Source of the DNA: Candidatus Eiseniibacteriota bacterium
GTDB lineage: Bacteria; Eisenbacteria; RBG-16-71-46; DASYSL01
Direction of reading: 5' to 3'
Length of the DNA stretch: 64,000 nucleotides
NCBI GenBank assembly: GCA_031431875.1
Contig: JANPEF010000061.1
Location: 1 to 64,000, forward strand
This document shows, piece by piece, positions 9,560 through 19,835 of the stretch. The notes under the pieces are model-generated. The model searched no databases. It worked only from the letters and a program-made list of their open reading frames with translations, and was not told the origin of the DNA. Positions within the stretch are counted from its first letter, which is position 1; each line of letters opens with the position of its first letter. Both the position numbers and the translations under genes were made by a program.

Positions 9560-10990
9560 TCAAGCCGGTGGATCGGTTGCCGCAGCGTCGTGTCCCGCCC
9601 TTGCATGGAGCAGGTGATCCAGCACCGACAGTCCCCACGCCAGTTGTCGCTCGTCGATCGTCCACGGCGGCGAGAGCGTGAGCGTGTCGCCCTCGATCGC
9701 GCCGGGGAGCACGATCAGCCCCGCGGCCAGCGCCTCGTGCGTGATCTCGAGCGCGAGTCCCGACGAGGCGAGCACGAGCCCGGCGAGCATGCCGCGCCCA
9801 CGCACCTCGCGCACCAGGTCCGGATACGCGAGTGCCAGCTGCGCGAGCCCCTCGTGCAGTCTTGTGCCGACGACGGCGCAACGCTCGACCAGGCCCTCGT
9901 CGTCGATCACGTCGAGCGCGGCCAGCGCCGCGGCGCAGGCGATCGGGTGCGCGTAGAATGTCGAGGCATGCAGAGTCTCGCCACTCCAGGGTGCGGCGGC
10001 TTGCCACGCGTCGGCGTCGGCGGCGTGCATGAGCACGGCGGCGAGCGGCATGCCGCCGCCGAGCGCCTTGCCCACGCAGACGACATCGGGCGTGACGCCG
10101 GCATCGACTGCCGCCCAGAGAGCCCCCGTGCGACCGAGTCCGCTGTAGATCTCGTCGACGATGAGCCGCGCCCCTGCGCGACGCGCCAGCTCGGCGATGC
10201 CGGGTAACCACTCGGGCGGTGGCACGTGCTCGCCGCCGCGACCGAGGATGGGCTCGACGAGAATGCCGCCCACGCCGCCGGTGCGGCGTTCGGCGTGTTC
10301 GAGAATGCGGCCCGCCTCGCGCACGCAGGCGATCCCGCATGCGGGGTAGGCGAGGCCCAGGTCGCAGCGCGAGCAGCGGCCGTAGGGCGCGAAGTGCGTG
10401 CGGCTGCGCGATAGCACGGCGCCACCGACCTCGAACGGATCGCGGAAGCGGCCCCAGCCCGTGACCTCGAGCGCTCCGAGGGAGACGCCGTGATAGCCGG
10501 CGGTGAACGCGAGCACGCCTTGCTTGCCCGTGGCGAGGCGCACGGTCTTGAGGGCCAGCTCGACCGCCTCGGCGCCCGACTGCGCGAACAGCACGCGCGC
10601 GTCGGCGAACGGCGCGAGCGCGGCGAGGCGCTCACCGAGAGCGACGCGCGCGGCGTGCGGATGCACGTCGCCGAAGCCGTGGACGAGCGTGTCGGCTGCG
10701 GCGTGGATCGCGGCGACGACACGCGGGTGCGCGTGGCCCACGGCGGCGGCGCCAAAGCCCGCGGAGAAATCGAGGTAGCGATTGCCGTCGACATCGTCGA
10801 CCAGGGCGCCGCTCGCGCGGGACCAGACCGGGGGCCGGTCACCGCGGCCCAGGTTGTGCGCGGCGGGGGCCTCGGCCGCCCGCATCCGCTCGAGCAGGGC
10901 TGCGCTGAGCGGTCCCGGCGGGGGCGTGCGAACCTGCCCCCGCAATTCAACCGGGCAGAGCGCGTCGGCGAGCCTCGGATCGAGCGGCAT
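9560..10990 (-). CDS. Class III PLP aminotransferase (GabT/ArgD-like)
   Basis: DVDGNRYLDF, GHAHP, QSGAEAVE, GYHG, EPILGRGG, DEIYSGLGRTG, GKALGGG, VRGRGML. Confidence 0.9.
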   Translation of the reverse strand: MPLDPRLADALCPVELRGQVRTPPPGPLSAALLERMRAAEAPAAHNLGRGDRPPVWSRASGALVDDVDGNRYLDFSAGFGAAAVGHAHPRVVAAIHAAADTLVHGFGDVHPHAARVALGERLAALAPFADARVLFAQSGAEAVELALKTVRLATGKQGVLAFTAGYHGVSLGALEVTGWGRFRDPFEVGGAVLSRSRTHFAPYGRCSRCDLGLAYPACGIACVREAGRILEHAERRTGGVGGILVEPILGRGGEHVPPPEWLPGIAELARRAGARLIVDEIYSGLGRTGALWAAVDAGVTPDVVCVGKALGGGMPLAAVLMHAADADAWQAAAPWSGETLHASTFYAHPIACAAALAALDVIDDEGLVERCAVVGTRLHEGLAQLALAYPDLVREVRGRGMLAGLVLASSGLALEITHEALAAGLIVLPGAIEGDTLTLSPPWTIDERQLAWGLSVLDHLLHARAGHDAAATDPPA

Positions 10991-11104
10991 CGTGCGTTCC
11001 TCGAAGGACTTCCGGGCGTGACGCCCCGCGAAGTCGCGTGCTAGACTCGGCGGGTCCGCCGGGCTCGTGGCCCGTCCCCGATCCTCTTCCTGCCGGAGAT
11101 CCCG

Positions 11105-13249
11105 ATGGCAAAGGTCGCCCCGCAGCAGAAGGCCGCTTTGCGGCCGGTCGCGCCCGCTGACGATCGCGCGGGGCTCACCGACGCCGAACTCCTCCGCCTG
11201 TACCGCCTCATGTACACGTCGCGCAAGACCGACGACAAGGACATGACGTTCAAGAAGCTCAACCTGTCCTTCTTCCAGATCTCGGGCGCCGGCCACGAGG
11301 CGTTGCTGGTCGGCGTCGCGCAGGCGATGAAATCGGCCTACGACTGGTTCTTCCCATACTACCGCGACCGCGCGCTGTGCCTGGCCCTCGGCATGACGCC
11401 CGAGGAGATGCTCTCCCAGTCCGTCGCCGCGGCCGACGAGCCCGCCTCGGGCGGCCGCCAGATGCCGTCGCACTGGGGGCACAAGGCGTACAACATCGTC
11501 TCCTCGTCGTCGCCCACCGGCACGCAGTTCCTGCAGGCCGTCGGTTGCGCCGACGCCGGAGTCTACTACGCCGGCGAGCCAGCCCTCGCCCAGAAGAACG
11601 GCGCGTTCAAGTCCGACGAGGTGGTCTTCGTCTCCTGCGGCGACGGCACCACGAGCCAGGGCGAGTTCTGGGAGGCGCTGACGACCGCGTGCGTGCGCCA
11701 GCTCCCGGTCGTCTTCGTCGTCGAGGATAACGGCTATGCGATCTCGGTCCCGGTCGAGGTGCAGACGCCGGGTGCCAACATCCTGTCGGTCGTCGCCGGC
11801 TTCCCCGGCCTCGCCACGTTCGACGTTGACGGTTGCGACCCGGTCGCCAGCTACGCGGTGGCCCGCGAGGCCGTGAGTCGGGCCCGTCGCCGCGAGGGAC
11901 CCAGCCTGATCCGCGGCACGGTGATCCGCCCCTACGCGCACTCGATGTCCGACGACCAGGCACTGTATCGGCCGAAGGCCGAAAGAGACTCCGAGCTCGA
12001 GAAGGACCCGCTGCGTACCTTTCCCGCCCAACTCATCGCCTGGGGCGTGGCCACGGAGGCCGACCTCGAGGCGATCCGCAAGGAGTGCGAGGCCGCGGTC
12101 GACGCCGCCGGCAAGATCGCACAGCAGAAGGTGCAGCCCGGTCCCGAGACGGTGATGTCGTTCGTCTACTCGCCGACGATCGATCCGACCGGCCCCGCGT
12201 TCGAAGCGACGGCCGTGCCCGACGGCGAGCCGACCACGGTCGCGACGCTGATCAATCGTACGCTCAGGGACGAGATGCGGCGCGACCCGCGCATTCTCGT
12301 GTTCGGCGAGGATGTCGCCGATGCGTCGCGCGAAGAGATCCTGCCCGAGGTCAGCGGCAAGGGCGGCGTGTTCAAGCTCACGCACGGCCTGCAGCGCGAG
12401 TTCGGCGGGCGGCGGGTGTTCAACTCGCCGCTGGCCGAGGCGAACATCGTCGGCCGCGCGATCGGCATGGCGGTGCGCGGGCTCAAGCCGGTGGTCGAGA
12501 TCCAGTTCTTCGACTACATCTGGCCGGCGATGATGCAGATCCGCGACGAGCTCGCGATGATGCGCTACCGCTCGAACAACACGTTCGCCTCGCCGATCGT
12601 CATTCGCGTCGCCTACGGTGGGTATCTCAAGGGCGGTGCGCCGTATCACTCGCAGTGCGGCGAGTCGATCTTCATCCACTGCCCGGGCTTGCGCGTCGTC
12701 ATTCCGGCCACGGCTGAGGACGCGACGGGCCTCCTGCGCACCGCGATCCGCTGCGACGATCCGGTGATCTTCCTCGAGCACAAGCATCTGTATCGCCAGC
12801 CCTACGCCAAGTCAGCGTACCCCGGCCCCGATTACATGGTGCCGTTCGGCAAGCTGCGGGTGGCGCGCGCGGGCACGAAGCTCACCATCGTGACCTATGG
12901 TGCGCTCGTCCAGCGCTCCCTCTACGCCGCGAGCGACCTGGCCGACGAGGGCATCGACTGCGAGGTGCTCGACCTGCGCTCGCTCGCGCCGTGCGACTGG
13001 GACGGGATCTACGCCTCGGTCAAGAAGACCGGCCGCGTGCTCGTCGCCCACGAGGACTCGCTCACCGCAGGCTTCGGCGGGGAGATCGCGGCGCGCATCG
13101 GCGCGGAGTGCTTCGAGTTCCTCGACGCTCCGGTGGAGCGACTCGGCGCGCTCGATTGCCCGGTCGCCTACGCACCGCAGCTCGAGGACATCATCCTGCC
13201 GCAGAAGGACCACCTGGTCGCGGCCGCGCGCAAGCTCGCGGCCTACTGA
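11105..13249 (+). CDS. 2-oxoacid (probably branched-chain) dehydrogenase E1, fused alpha+beta
   Basis: YYRD, TPP motif [22 protein letters not shown]; beta half GEDVA, NSPLAE, EIQFFDY, YHSQ, FLEHK, LDAPV. Confidence 0.93.
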   Translation: MAKVAPQQKAALRPVAPADDRAGLTDAELLRLYRLMYTSRKTDDKDMTFKKLNLSFFQISGAGHEALLVGVAQAMKSAYDWFFPYYRDRALCLALGMTPEEMLSQSVAAADEPASGGRQMPSHWGHKAYNIVSSSSPTGTQFLQAVGCADAGVYYAGEPALAQKNGAFKSDEVVFVSCGDGTTSQGEFWEALTTACVRQLPVVFVVEDNGYAISVPVEVQTPGANILSVVAGFPGLATFDVDGCDPVASYAVAREAVSRARRREGPSLIRGTVIRPYAHSMSDDQALYRPKAERDSELEKDPLRTFPAQLIAWGVATEADLEAIRKECEAAVDAAGKIAQQKVQPGPETVMSFVYSPTIDPTGPAFEATAVPDGEPTTVATLINRTLRDEMRRDPRILVFGEDVADASREEILPEVSGKGGVFKLTHGLQREFGGRRVFNSPLAEANIVGRAIGMAVRGLKPVVEIQFFDYIWPAMMQIRDELAMMRYRSNNTFASPIVIRVAYGGYLKGGAPYHSQCGESIFIHCPGLRVVIPATAEDATGLLRTAIRCDDPVIFLEHKHLYRQPYAKSAYPGPDYMVPFGKLRVARAGTKLTIVTYGALVQRSLYAASDLADEGIDCEVLDLRSLAPCDWDGIYASVKKTGRVLVAHEDSLTAGFGGEIAARIGAECFEFLDAPVERLGALDCPVAYAPQLEDIILPQKDHLVAAARKLAAY

Positions 13250-13286
13250 TCGCCGTCGACACGACGCAAACGGAGGCCACAGCGCG

Positions 13287-14678
13287 ATGAACCTCGAGCC
13301 GGTGCTGACCCACGAGCCGATCCGCCGCCTGCCCGGCGCCACGTTCCACGCGCGCCGCGAGGCCCTCCTCGCGCAGATGACCGCCCTGGGCGGGGGCGTG
13401 ACCGTCGTCCGCTCGAACCCCGAGCAGACGCGTTCGCACGATACCGAGTTCACCTATCGCCCCGACTCGGACCTGTGGTGGCTGACCGGCTTCGCCGAGC
13501 CCGACACGGTCGCGGTGTTCAGTGACACGCATCCCGAGCATCGCTTCGTGCTGTTCGTCCGCCCGCGCGATCCCGAGAAGGAGACGTGGAACGGGCGCCG
13601 CGCCGGTGTCGAGGGTGCGCGGCGCGACTTCGGCCCCGATGCGACCTATTCCATCGAGGAACTCGATGGCGTCCTTCCGAAGTACCTGGAGACGTCACCG
13701 ACACTCTGGTGGACACCGGGGATCGAGCGCGCGTTCAACGGACGGATGGATGCCTGGCTCGCTGCATCCCGGCGCGTGCGCGCGCGCTCGGGCAAGGGGC
13801 CTTCCAACGTCGCCGAGCTGGCGATGCTCACGCACGAGGCGCGCCTGCACAAGACCGCCGAGGAGGTGGCACTCCTGCAGCGCGCGGGGGACATCACCTC
13901 CGAGGCGCACAACGCCGCACTCGAGGGCACGCGCCCCGGCATGTACGAGTACGAGGTCGAGGCGCTGGTAAACTACGTGTTCCGTGCGCGCGGCGCGAAG
14001 GCGCCCGGCTACAACTCGATCGTCGCCGGCGGGGTCAACGGGACGATCCTGCACTACACCGAGAACGAGTCGCGCCTGGCCGCGACCGACCTGCTGCTCA
14101 TCGACGCCGGCGCCGAGGTCGAGGGTTACACCGCCGACGTCACGCGCACGTTCCCGGTGGGGGCGCGCTTCTCGCCCGCGCAGCGCGCGGCGTACGACGT
14201 CGTGCTCGCCGCGCAGGAGGCGGCGATCGCGGTGATCCGTCCGGGGGCGCTGTTCGACGACGTGCACCATGCGGCCTTGACGACGCTGGTCGAGGGGCTC
14301 GTGTCCCTCGGCGTCCTGGCCGGCCGGGCCGAGGAGCTGATCGCGCAGAAGGCACACCAGCCGTTCTACATGCACAGGACGAGCCACTGGCTCGGGCTCG
14401 ACGTGCACGACGTGGGTCTCTACGTCGACGGGAAGGGCAAGTCTCGCCCGCTCGAGCCGGGGATGGTGCTCACCGTCGAGCCGGGGCTCTACTTCGGGGA
14501 TGGCGGTCCGACCTACGATCCGCAGTACCGCGGCATCGGCATCCGCATCGAGGACGACCTCGTGGTCACCGAGGGCGGCTCGCTCAACCTCACGGCGGCG
14601 GCGCTCAAGAAGGTCGCCGACGTGGAGGCGGCGCGCGCCCGCGGGCTTCAGCGCGAGAGGTCGGCGCTGCCGGTCTAG
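13287..14678 (+). CDS. pepP: Xaa-Pro aminopeptidase (M24B)
   Basis: YRPDSDLWWLTG, W.GRR.G, LHY, IDAGAE, YTADVTRT, HWLGLDVHD, TVEPGLY, GIRIEDD; GGAGG RBS. Confidence 0.93.
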   Translation: MNLEPVLTHEPIRRLPGATFHARREALLAQMTALGGGVTVVRSNPEQTRSHDTEFTYRPDSDLWWLTGFAEPDTVAVFSDTHPEHRFVLFVRPRDPEKETWNGRRAGVEGARRDFGPDATYSIEELDGVLPKYLETSPTLWWTPGIERAFNGRMDAWLAASRRVRARSGKGPSNVAELAMLTHEARLHKTAEEVALLQRAGDITSEAHNAALEGTRPGMYEYEVEALVNYVFRARGAKAPGYNSIVAGGVNGTILHYTENESRLAATDLLLIDAGAEVEGYTADVTRTFPVGARFSPAQRAAYDVVLAAQEAAIAVIRPGALFDDVHHAALTTLVEGLVSLGVLAGRAEELIAQKAHQPFYMHRTSHWLGLDVHDVGLYVDGKGKSRPLEPGMVLTVEPGLYFGDGGPTYDPQYRGIGIRIEDDLVVTEGGSLNLTAAALKKVADVEAARARGLQRERSALPV

Positions 14679-15985
14679 TTCGACTCGGGGGTGGCGATTT
14701 CGCGCGGCCCCGCCCACACTCGCATGACCCGCCGCTGCCGCGTCTCGAGCACCCGCAGCGCATGGTCGTCGCCCAGCGCGACGACGTCGCCGACGCGACC
14801 GATCCGGCCCAGGCGATTCTGCACGTAGCCGCCCACCGTCACCGCCTCGTCGGGATCCTCGAGTCGCAACTCCAGCAGGTTTACCAGGTCGGCCAGCGCG
14901 TAGCCGCCGGCGACGCTGTAGGCACCGCCGCCCAGCGCGATGACCGGCGCGGCCTCGCCGGCGTCGAACTCGTCCTGGATCTCCGAGCCGATCAACTCCT
15001 CGAGCAGGTCCTCGAGCGTGACCAGCCCGCTCGTCCCACCGTACTCGTCGACCACGATCGCCTGGTGCAGGCGGCGCGACTGGAACTGGCGCAACAGCAC
15101 GTCGGCGGGCGAGGCCTCGGGGGTGAACAGCGGCTCGCGCGCGACGCGCACCAGATCCTCCGAAGTGTCGAGCCGCCCGGCGCCCGCGGTCAGGTCGCGA
15201 ATGTGGACGATTCCCAGCACGTCATCCAGCGCTCCGCGCACCAGCGGGTAGCGCGTGAAGCCCATGCGCCGCGCCGCATCGAGGTTCTCGGCCAGCGACA
15301 CCGTGACGTCGAGGGCGACGATGTCGGCGCGCGGCACCATGAACTGGTGCGCGCGCTTGCGCGTGAACTCGAACGCACGCTCGACCAGGCGGCGGCGCGT
15401 GTCCTGGTCGCGACCGCCGGCCAGCGATTCGGCGAGGATCATGCGCGCTTCCTCCTCGGTGTGCTGGCCCTCGCTGCCGGCGGCGGTGACGCCAAACGGG
15501 GCGAGCAGCGCGCGCGCCGCGCCGTTGAGCAGCGTGATGAACGGGTAGAACAGGCGATAGAACGCCTGCATCGGCCGCGTCACGGCGAGCGTCGTCTCCT
15601 CGGGCTTCCAGATGGCGAGGCTCTTGGGCGCCAACTCGCCGACGACGATGTGCAGCACCGTGATCACGGTGAACGCGCCGGTCACCGCGATGCCGTGCGC
15701 GAGCGGCGCGGCCCACGCCCCCAGCTTCGACAAGCCGGGTTCGATCAGCCCCGCGAATGCGGGCTCGCCGACCCAGCCAAGGCCCAGCGAAGCGAGCGTG
15801 ATCCCGAGCTGGCAGGCCGAGAGGTAGGCGTCGAGCTGGCCCACGATCTTCTCGGCCGCCGCGGCGGTCGTGTTTCCCGCCCGCGCAAGCTGGCGCAGGC
15901 GGGTGGCCCGCACCTTGACGAGCGCGAACTCGGTGGCGACGAAGAAGCCATTCAACGCGACGAGGAACAGCGCGAGCAGGATCAT
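14675..15985 (-). CDS. Hemolysin-family CNNM/CBS/CorC-HlyC transporter-associated protein
   Basis: NGFFVATEFAL, QLGITLASLGLG, HIVVGELAPK, MVPR, TRYP, VVDEYGGTSGLVTLEDLLEE. Confidence 0.92.
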   Translation of the reverse strand: MILLALFLVALNGFFVATEFALVKVRATRLRQLARAGNTTAAAAEKIVGQLDAYLSACQLGITLASLGLGWVGEPAFAGLIEPGLSKLGAWAAPLAHGIAVTGAFTVITVLHIVVGELAPKSLAIWKPEETTLAVTRPMQAFYRLFYPFITLLNGAARALLAPFGVTAAGSEGQHTEEEARMILAESLAGGRDQDTRRRLVERAFEFTRKRAHQFMVPRADIVALDVTVSLAENLDAARRMGFTRYPLVRGALDDVLGIVHIRDLTAGAGRLDTSEDLVRVAREPLFTPEASPADVLLRQFQSRRLHQAIVVDEYGGTSGLVTLEDLLEELIGSEIQDEFDAGEAAPVIALGGGAYSVAGGYALADLVNLLELRLEDPDEAVTVGGYVQNRLGRIGRVGDVVALGDDHALRVLETRQRRVMRVWAGPREIATPESN

Positions 15986-15989
15986 GGCG

Positions 15990-16721
15990 TCAGGCGACCA
16001 GGGAGCGGGTGGGCAGCGCGGTCTCGCGCGCGGTGGGCGCGGTCTCGGCGCCGGACGGGCCGGCGGGCTCGACGCGGTACGCGCCGGCACCCGGACGGAA
16101 GCTCACCGCCTCGACGAAGCGCGTGTCCTCGAAGACGACGGCCGCACCATCGTCGGCCGCGTAGCCGGGAGCGAGCGTGCCTTCGGCGACGAACTGGTGG
16201 TACAGCGGGCGACGCGTGACCTCGCTGTCGTAGTGAGGGCAGAAGCTGCCCTCGAGAATCCCGAGCAGGTGATGGAGCGGTTTGAGCGCCGTGGGATGGA
16301 ACGAGTCGGTCACGCCCTCCTCGAACCAGCACAGGCCGCCGGCCGACACACCCGCCATGACCGTGCCCTGCTCCCAGGCGCGGCGCAGCAGCGCGTCGAC
16401 GCCATGCACCCCCCAGATCGCCGCCAGGTTCGCGGTGTTGCCGCCGGTGACGAAGATCAGGTCCTGGGCGAGCACGAGCGGGGCCAGGTCCTCGTGCTCG
16501 CGGTTGAACAGGCGCAGCACCGACGGCACGCAGCGGCGCTCGAGGAACGAGCGGTGAAACGCCTCGATCACCGGCTCGGCATCGCCGCCCGCAGTCGGCA
16601 CGAGCAGGACGCGCGGATGCTCGCGGCCCGTGCGCGCCAGCAGGAAGTCGTCGAGCGCGTTGCCGGGATCGGTGCGGAAACTGCCGCCGCCGATCGCCAC
16701 GATGGTGCGGGCGTTCGTCAT
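15990..16721 (-). CDS. pepE: Peptidase E (S51 dipeptidase)
   Basis: IVAIGGG, PTAGGD, GGNTAN, GVSAG (nucleophile), CPHY. Confidence 0.88.
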   Translation of the reverse strand: MTNARTIVAIGGGSFRTDPGNALDDFLLARTGREHPRVLLVPTAGGDAEPVIEAFHRSFLERRCVPSVLRLFNREHEDLAPLVLAQDLIFVTGGNTANLAAIWGVHGVDALLRRAWEQGTVMAGVSAGGLCWFEEGVTDSFHPTALKPLHHLLGILEGSFCPHYDSEVTRRPLYHQFVAEGTLAPGYAADDGAAVVFEDTRFVEAVSFRPGAGAYRVEPAGPSGAETAPTARETALPTRSLVA

Positions 16722-18067
16722 CGCGTCTTCCCTCCATGGAACGAGAGCACGTGGGCGGCCGCGGCCCTCCCGGAACGGACGGCCGCCTCGATCGTGGCGG
16801 GCAGCTCGCTCGCGGTCCAATCGCCCGCGACGACCAGGCCCGGCCGCCCCGTCGTGACCGCGGGCCGGGCACCGACTGAGACCGCATCATACGACGGCGT
16901 GGCCCGCGGTTCCTTGACCACGCGCGCATCGAGCGGCGTGGCCGTCGTGAGATCGTAGGCGGACAGCGTCGCCCGTGCGGCCTCGACCACGCGCGCGACC
17001 GGCTGGGCGACGAGCGTGCGGGCGGCACTGGCGACCACGGTGATCGCGTGGCGACCGTCGCGGGCGCCCACGAGCGCGCTGCGGTCGAAGGCCCAGTGGA
17101 ACCCGGGTCCGCCGCCGGCGGGGGGAGCCACGAGACCGACGACCGGCGCGGTGAGCACCGGCCGGTCGAACCACAGGGTCACGGTGACGATCGGCGCGGA
17201 GGGCACCGCGGCCGCGGCGTCGAGGCTGCGCGCGATGTCGGGCCACGCCGCGGCGACGAGCTCGCGCGCCTCGGCGGCGGGCACGGCGAGCACGACGTGA
17301 GGCACGTCGAACGTGCGACCGTCCTCGAGCGTCACGCGCTGCGCCCCGTCGGCCGCCGGGCCCACCGCCGCCACCGCGTGCCCGAGGAACGCCTGCCCGC
17401 CGCGCGCGGCCAGCACGGCACCGACGGGGGCAACGAGTTCGCCCAGGCCGACGCTCGCCAGGCCGAGCGCGGCATCGCTTGCGGTGCCGCGGAATGCGTT
17501 GACGACCGTCGAGAAGAGAAGCGCGGCGGGTGCGCGGTCGGGTGTTTCGTTGATCGCCGCCTCGGTGAGCGGGTGCCAGAAGAAGCGACGCACCGTGGGC
17601 CCCGCAGCGGCGCCGAGCGTATCGAGCCAGCGCTCGACGGTCGCACCCGGCGGCGGCGGCGGCGCACTCACCAGCGCGCGCGCCAGGCCGATGCGCTCGC
17701 CGAGCGGAATGCGCGTCCAGCACGCGAGTCCGAGCGCGAGCCCCGCGCGGCCCAGGGCACCCGGAGCGGTCAGCCGGCTCGTGCGTCCGCCCAGCTCGCG
17801 GTACTCGAGATCGAGTCCGTCCTGGAACGCGACCAGCGACGCCGTGCCGAGGCGCGCGAGCAGTGCGCGCGTTTTCGCGTAGCAGCCGAGGAACACGTGC
17901 TGTCCGTTGTCGACCGGATCGCCGAGCCGCGGATCGGGCCACGAGGTCGCGCGGCCTCCCCACGTGCGGCGGGCCTCGAGCAGCGTGACGCGCGCGCCGG
18001 CGTCGCTCAGCGCGACGGACGCGGCCACGCCCGCCCAGCCGCCACCGATGACGATCGCGTCGTTCAT
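16718..18067 (-). CDS. hpnE: Hydroxysqualene dehydroxylase
   Basis: IGGGWAG FAD motif, GGRATS, DNGQHV, KEPRAT, AGDWT...PATIEAAVRSG; follows hpnC/D. Confidence 0.88.
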   Translation of the reverse strand: MNDAIVIGGGWAGVAASVALSDAGARVTLLEARRTWGGRATSWPDPRLGDPVDNGQHVFLGCYAKTRALLARLGTASLVAFQDGLDLEYRELGGRTSRLTAPGALGRAGLALGLACWTRIPLGERIGLARALVSAPPPPPGATVERWLDTLGAAAGPTVRRFFWHPLTEAAINETPDRAPAALLFSTVVNAFRGTASDAALGLASVGLGELVAPVGAVLAARGGQAFLGHAVAAVGPAADGAQRVTLEDGRTFDVPHVVLAVPAAEARELVAAAWPDIARSLDAAAAVPSAPIVTVTLWFDRPVLTAPVVGLVAPPAGGGPGFHWAFDRSALVGARDGRHAITVVASAARTLVAQPVARVVEAARATLSAYDLTTATPLDARVVKEPRATPSYDAVSVGARPAVTTGRPGLVVAGDWTASELPATIEAAVRSGRAAAAHVLSFHGGKTR

Positions 18068-19752
18068 CGCCGGTGGCCCAGCACACCGAGCCCGCGCAGT
18101 GCCGACTCGAGGCGCGGCAGGCGGACGCGCGTCGTCCACGTCCGTGCCGGATCATCCTCGAGCCGCGTGAGCACCGCCTCGTAGACGCGCCCCATGCCCA
18201 GGGCCGGCGCAAGCGCGCGTTCGGCGCCGGGCGGCACGGCGGTGCGAGCCGCGGCGAACGCGGCGCGGGCGCGGCCGGCGAGGGCGCGGGCGACCCGGCG
18301 AAACGCAGGAGGCATGTGCGCGGCAGCCAGGTCGTCGAGGCCGAGGCCGGTGGGGCCGAGGTCGTCGGCAGGCACGTAGAGGCGGCCGACGCGCGCATCG
18401 GCGGCGACGTCGCGCAGCACGTTCGTGCGCTGGAGGGCGACGCCGAGCGCGATGGCAAAGGCGCGCGCATCCTCACGTGCGAAGACCGGAAGCGCGGCGA
18501 GCCCCGGGCCGCCGCCCACCTGGCGACAGTACTGTTCGAGATCGGCGTCGTTCACGATGGGCGGGGCGGCGGCGTCGGCGGCGAGCCCGTCGACGAGCCC
18601 GGTGAGGCCCTCGTGCAGCAGGCCGTCGAGCGGCGCGCCGAGTGTGGCCCAGGCGCGGGCGACACGGCGGGCCGCGAGCATGCGCGGCGCGCCGGCAGCG
18701 AGGGCTGCGACTTCGGCGCGGGCGGCGTCGACCGCGGCGCACGCGATCGCTGCGTCCGGTGCCTCGTCAACATCGTCGTCGAAGGCGCGGCATAGCGCAT
18801 GAAGCGCGGCGAGCGCCTCGCGTCGCGGCGCCGGCAGGAGCAGGAACGCCGGGGCGAACGACGAGCCCGCGGGCCCGCCGGTTGCGCGTGCCCGCACCGC
18901 GCGGAGGGCGATGCGCGCGCGATCACCGCCGCCCAGGGAAGGGCGCGTGCGGAAGGCGCGGGGGCCGAGCGCGCGACTGCGCTCGAGAATCGTGCGGCCT
19001 CCGGCGTGCACGGCGGCGAGCCATGGGCCGAGTGCGCGAGGCGCGCTCATCACCAGCGGCGCGGCATCGTCGAACAAGCGCGCCGTGCGGGCGATCGCAT
19101 AGGCAAGGGCGCGCTCGTCGCCCCAGCGGCCACGCTCCTCGCGCGGCAAGTAGCAACGCCCGCGCGGCTCGTCGCGGGAGAGGTCCTGCCAGTGATTGGC
19201 GAGCTGGAGCGCGGTGCACAGGCGATCGGAGCGCTCGGAGTTCTCGGGGTCGGTGTCGCCGGCAGCGGCAAGCACGAGGCGCCCGACCGGCTCGGCCGAG
19301 TCGCGGGAATACGACAGCAGATCGTCCCATGTGTCGTACGCGGGCTGGACCAGGTCGCGCTCGAACGCGTCGAGCAGGCGCGCGAAGAGGCTCGTGTCGA
19401 GGCCGAGCCCGGCGCGTGTTGCGGCGAGCGCCGCGAAGATCGCGTCATCGCCGTGCCAGCGGCCATCGGGACCAGGCGGGAGCGGTGCGGGCGCCTCGAG
19501 CCGGGCGCGCAGGGCGGCAAGAGCCGCGCGGCGTGCGGCGAGCGAGCCACCGCCGGGTTCGTCGGCGACGTCGTCGGCGCGGCGCGCGAATGCATAGAAC
19601 GCGGCCAGGTGCGGGCGCATGGCGCGGGGGAGCAGCAGCGTGGCGACCGGGAAGTTCTCGGCGTGTGCGGCCGCACTGCGGCGACAGGCGTCGTAGGCCG
19701 CGGCGAGCGCGGCGGACGGCGCGGGGGACGGGACGACGGCATCGGGCGGCAC
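18064..19752 (-). CDS. Fused HpnC-HpnD squalene/phytoene synthase-family protein (start approximate)
   Basis: N-half HAENFPVA, ADDVADE, LQLANHWQD (HpnC). C-half GSSF..AF.LLP..RREAL, DDDVDE, LQRTNVLRD..D...GRLYVP (HpnD). One uninterrupted frame. Confidence 0.82.
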   Translation of the reverse strand: MPPDAVVPSPAPSAALAAAYDACRRSAAAHAENFPVATLLLPRAMRPHLAAFYAFARRADDVADEPGGGSLAARRAALAALRARLEAPAPLPPGPDGRWHGDDAIFAALAATRAGLGLDTSLFARLLDAFERDLVQPAYDTWDDLLSYSRDSAEPVGRLVLAAAGDTDPENSERSDRLCTALQLANHWQDLSRDEPRGRCYLPREERGRWGDERALAYAIARTARLFDDAAPLVMSAPRALGPWLAAVHAGGRTILERSRALGPRAFRTRPSLGGGDRARIALRAVRARATGGPAGSSFAPAFLLLPAPRREALAALHALCRAFDDDVDEAPDAAIACAAVDAARAEVAALAAGAPRMLAARRVARAWATLGAPLDGLLHEGLTGLVDGLAADAAAPPIVNDADLEQYCRQVGGGPGLAALPVFAREDARAFAIALGVALQRTNVLRDVAADARVGRLYVPADDLGPTGLGLDDLAAAHMPPAFRRVARALAGRARAAFAAARTAVPPGAERALAPALGMGRVYEAVLTRLEDDPARTWTTRVRLPRLESALRGLGVLGHRR

Positions 19753-19835
19753 GGCCGCAGCGTAGCCGACACCCCCGGCCCCCGCAGCGGAAAATGCGCT
19801 GCCCCCGCCGGGAAGCCGTGCTAGCGTCCCGGCCC

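Noticed and set aside
9560..12787. 1075-aa ORF suggesting a large aminotransferase fusion
   Set aside because: The N-terminal 600 aa or so is the antisense of the E1 gene; the plausible start is ATG 10990.
14675..14678. Convergent genes sharing a CTAG double stop (also 8264-8267 and 43719-43722)
   Set aside because: A common compact overlap for convergent TAG-ending genes; no further signal.
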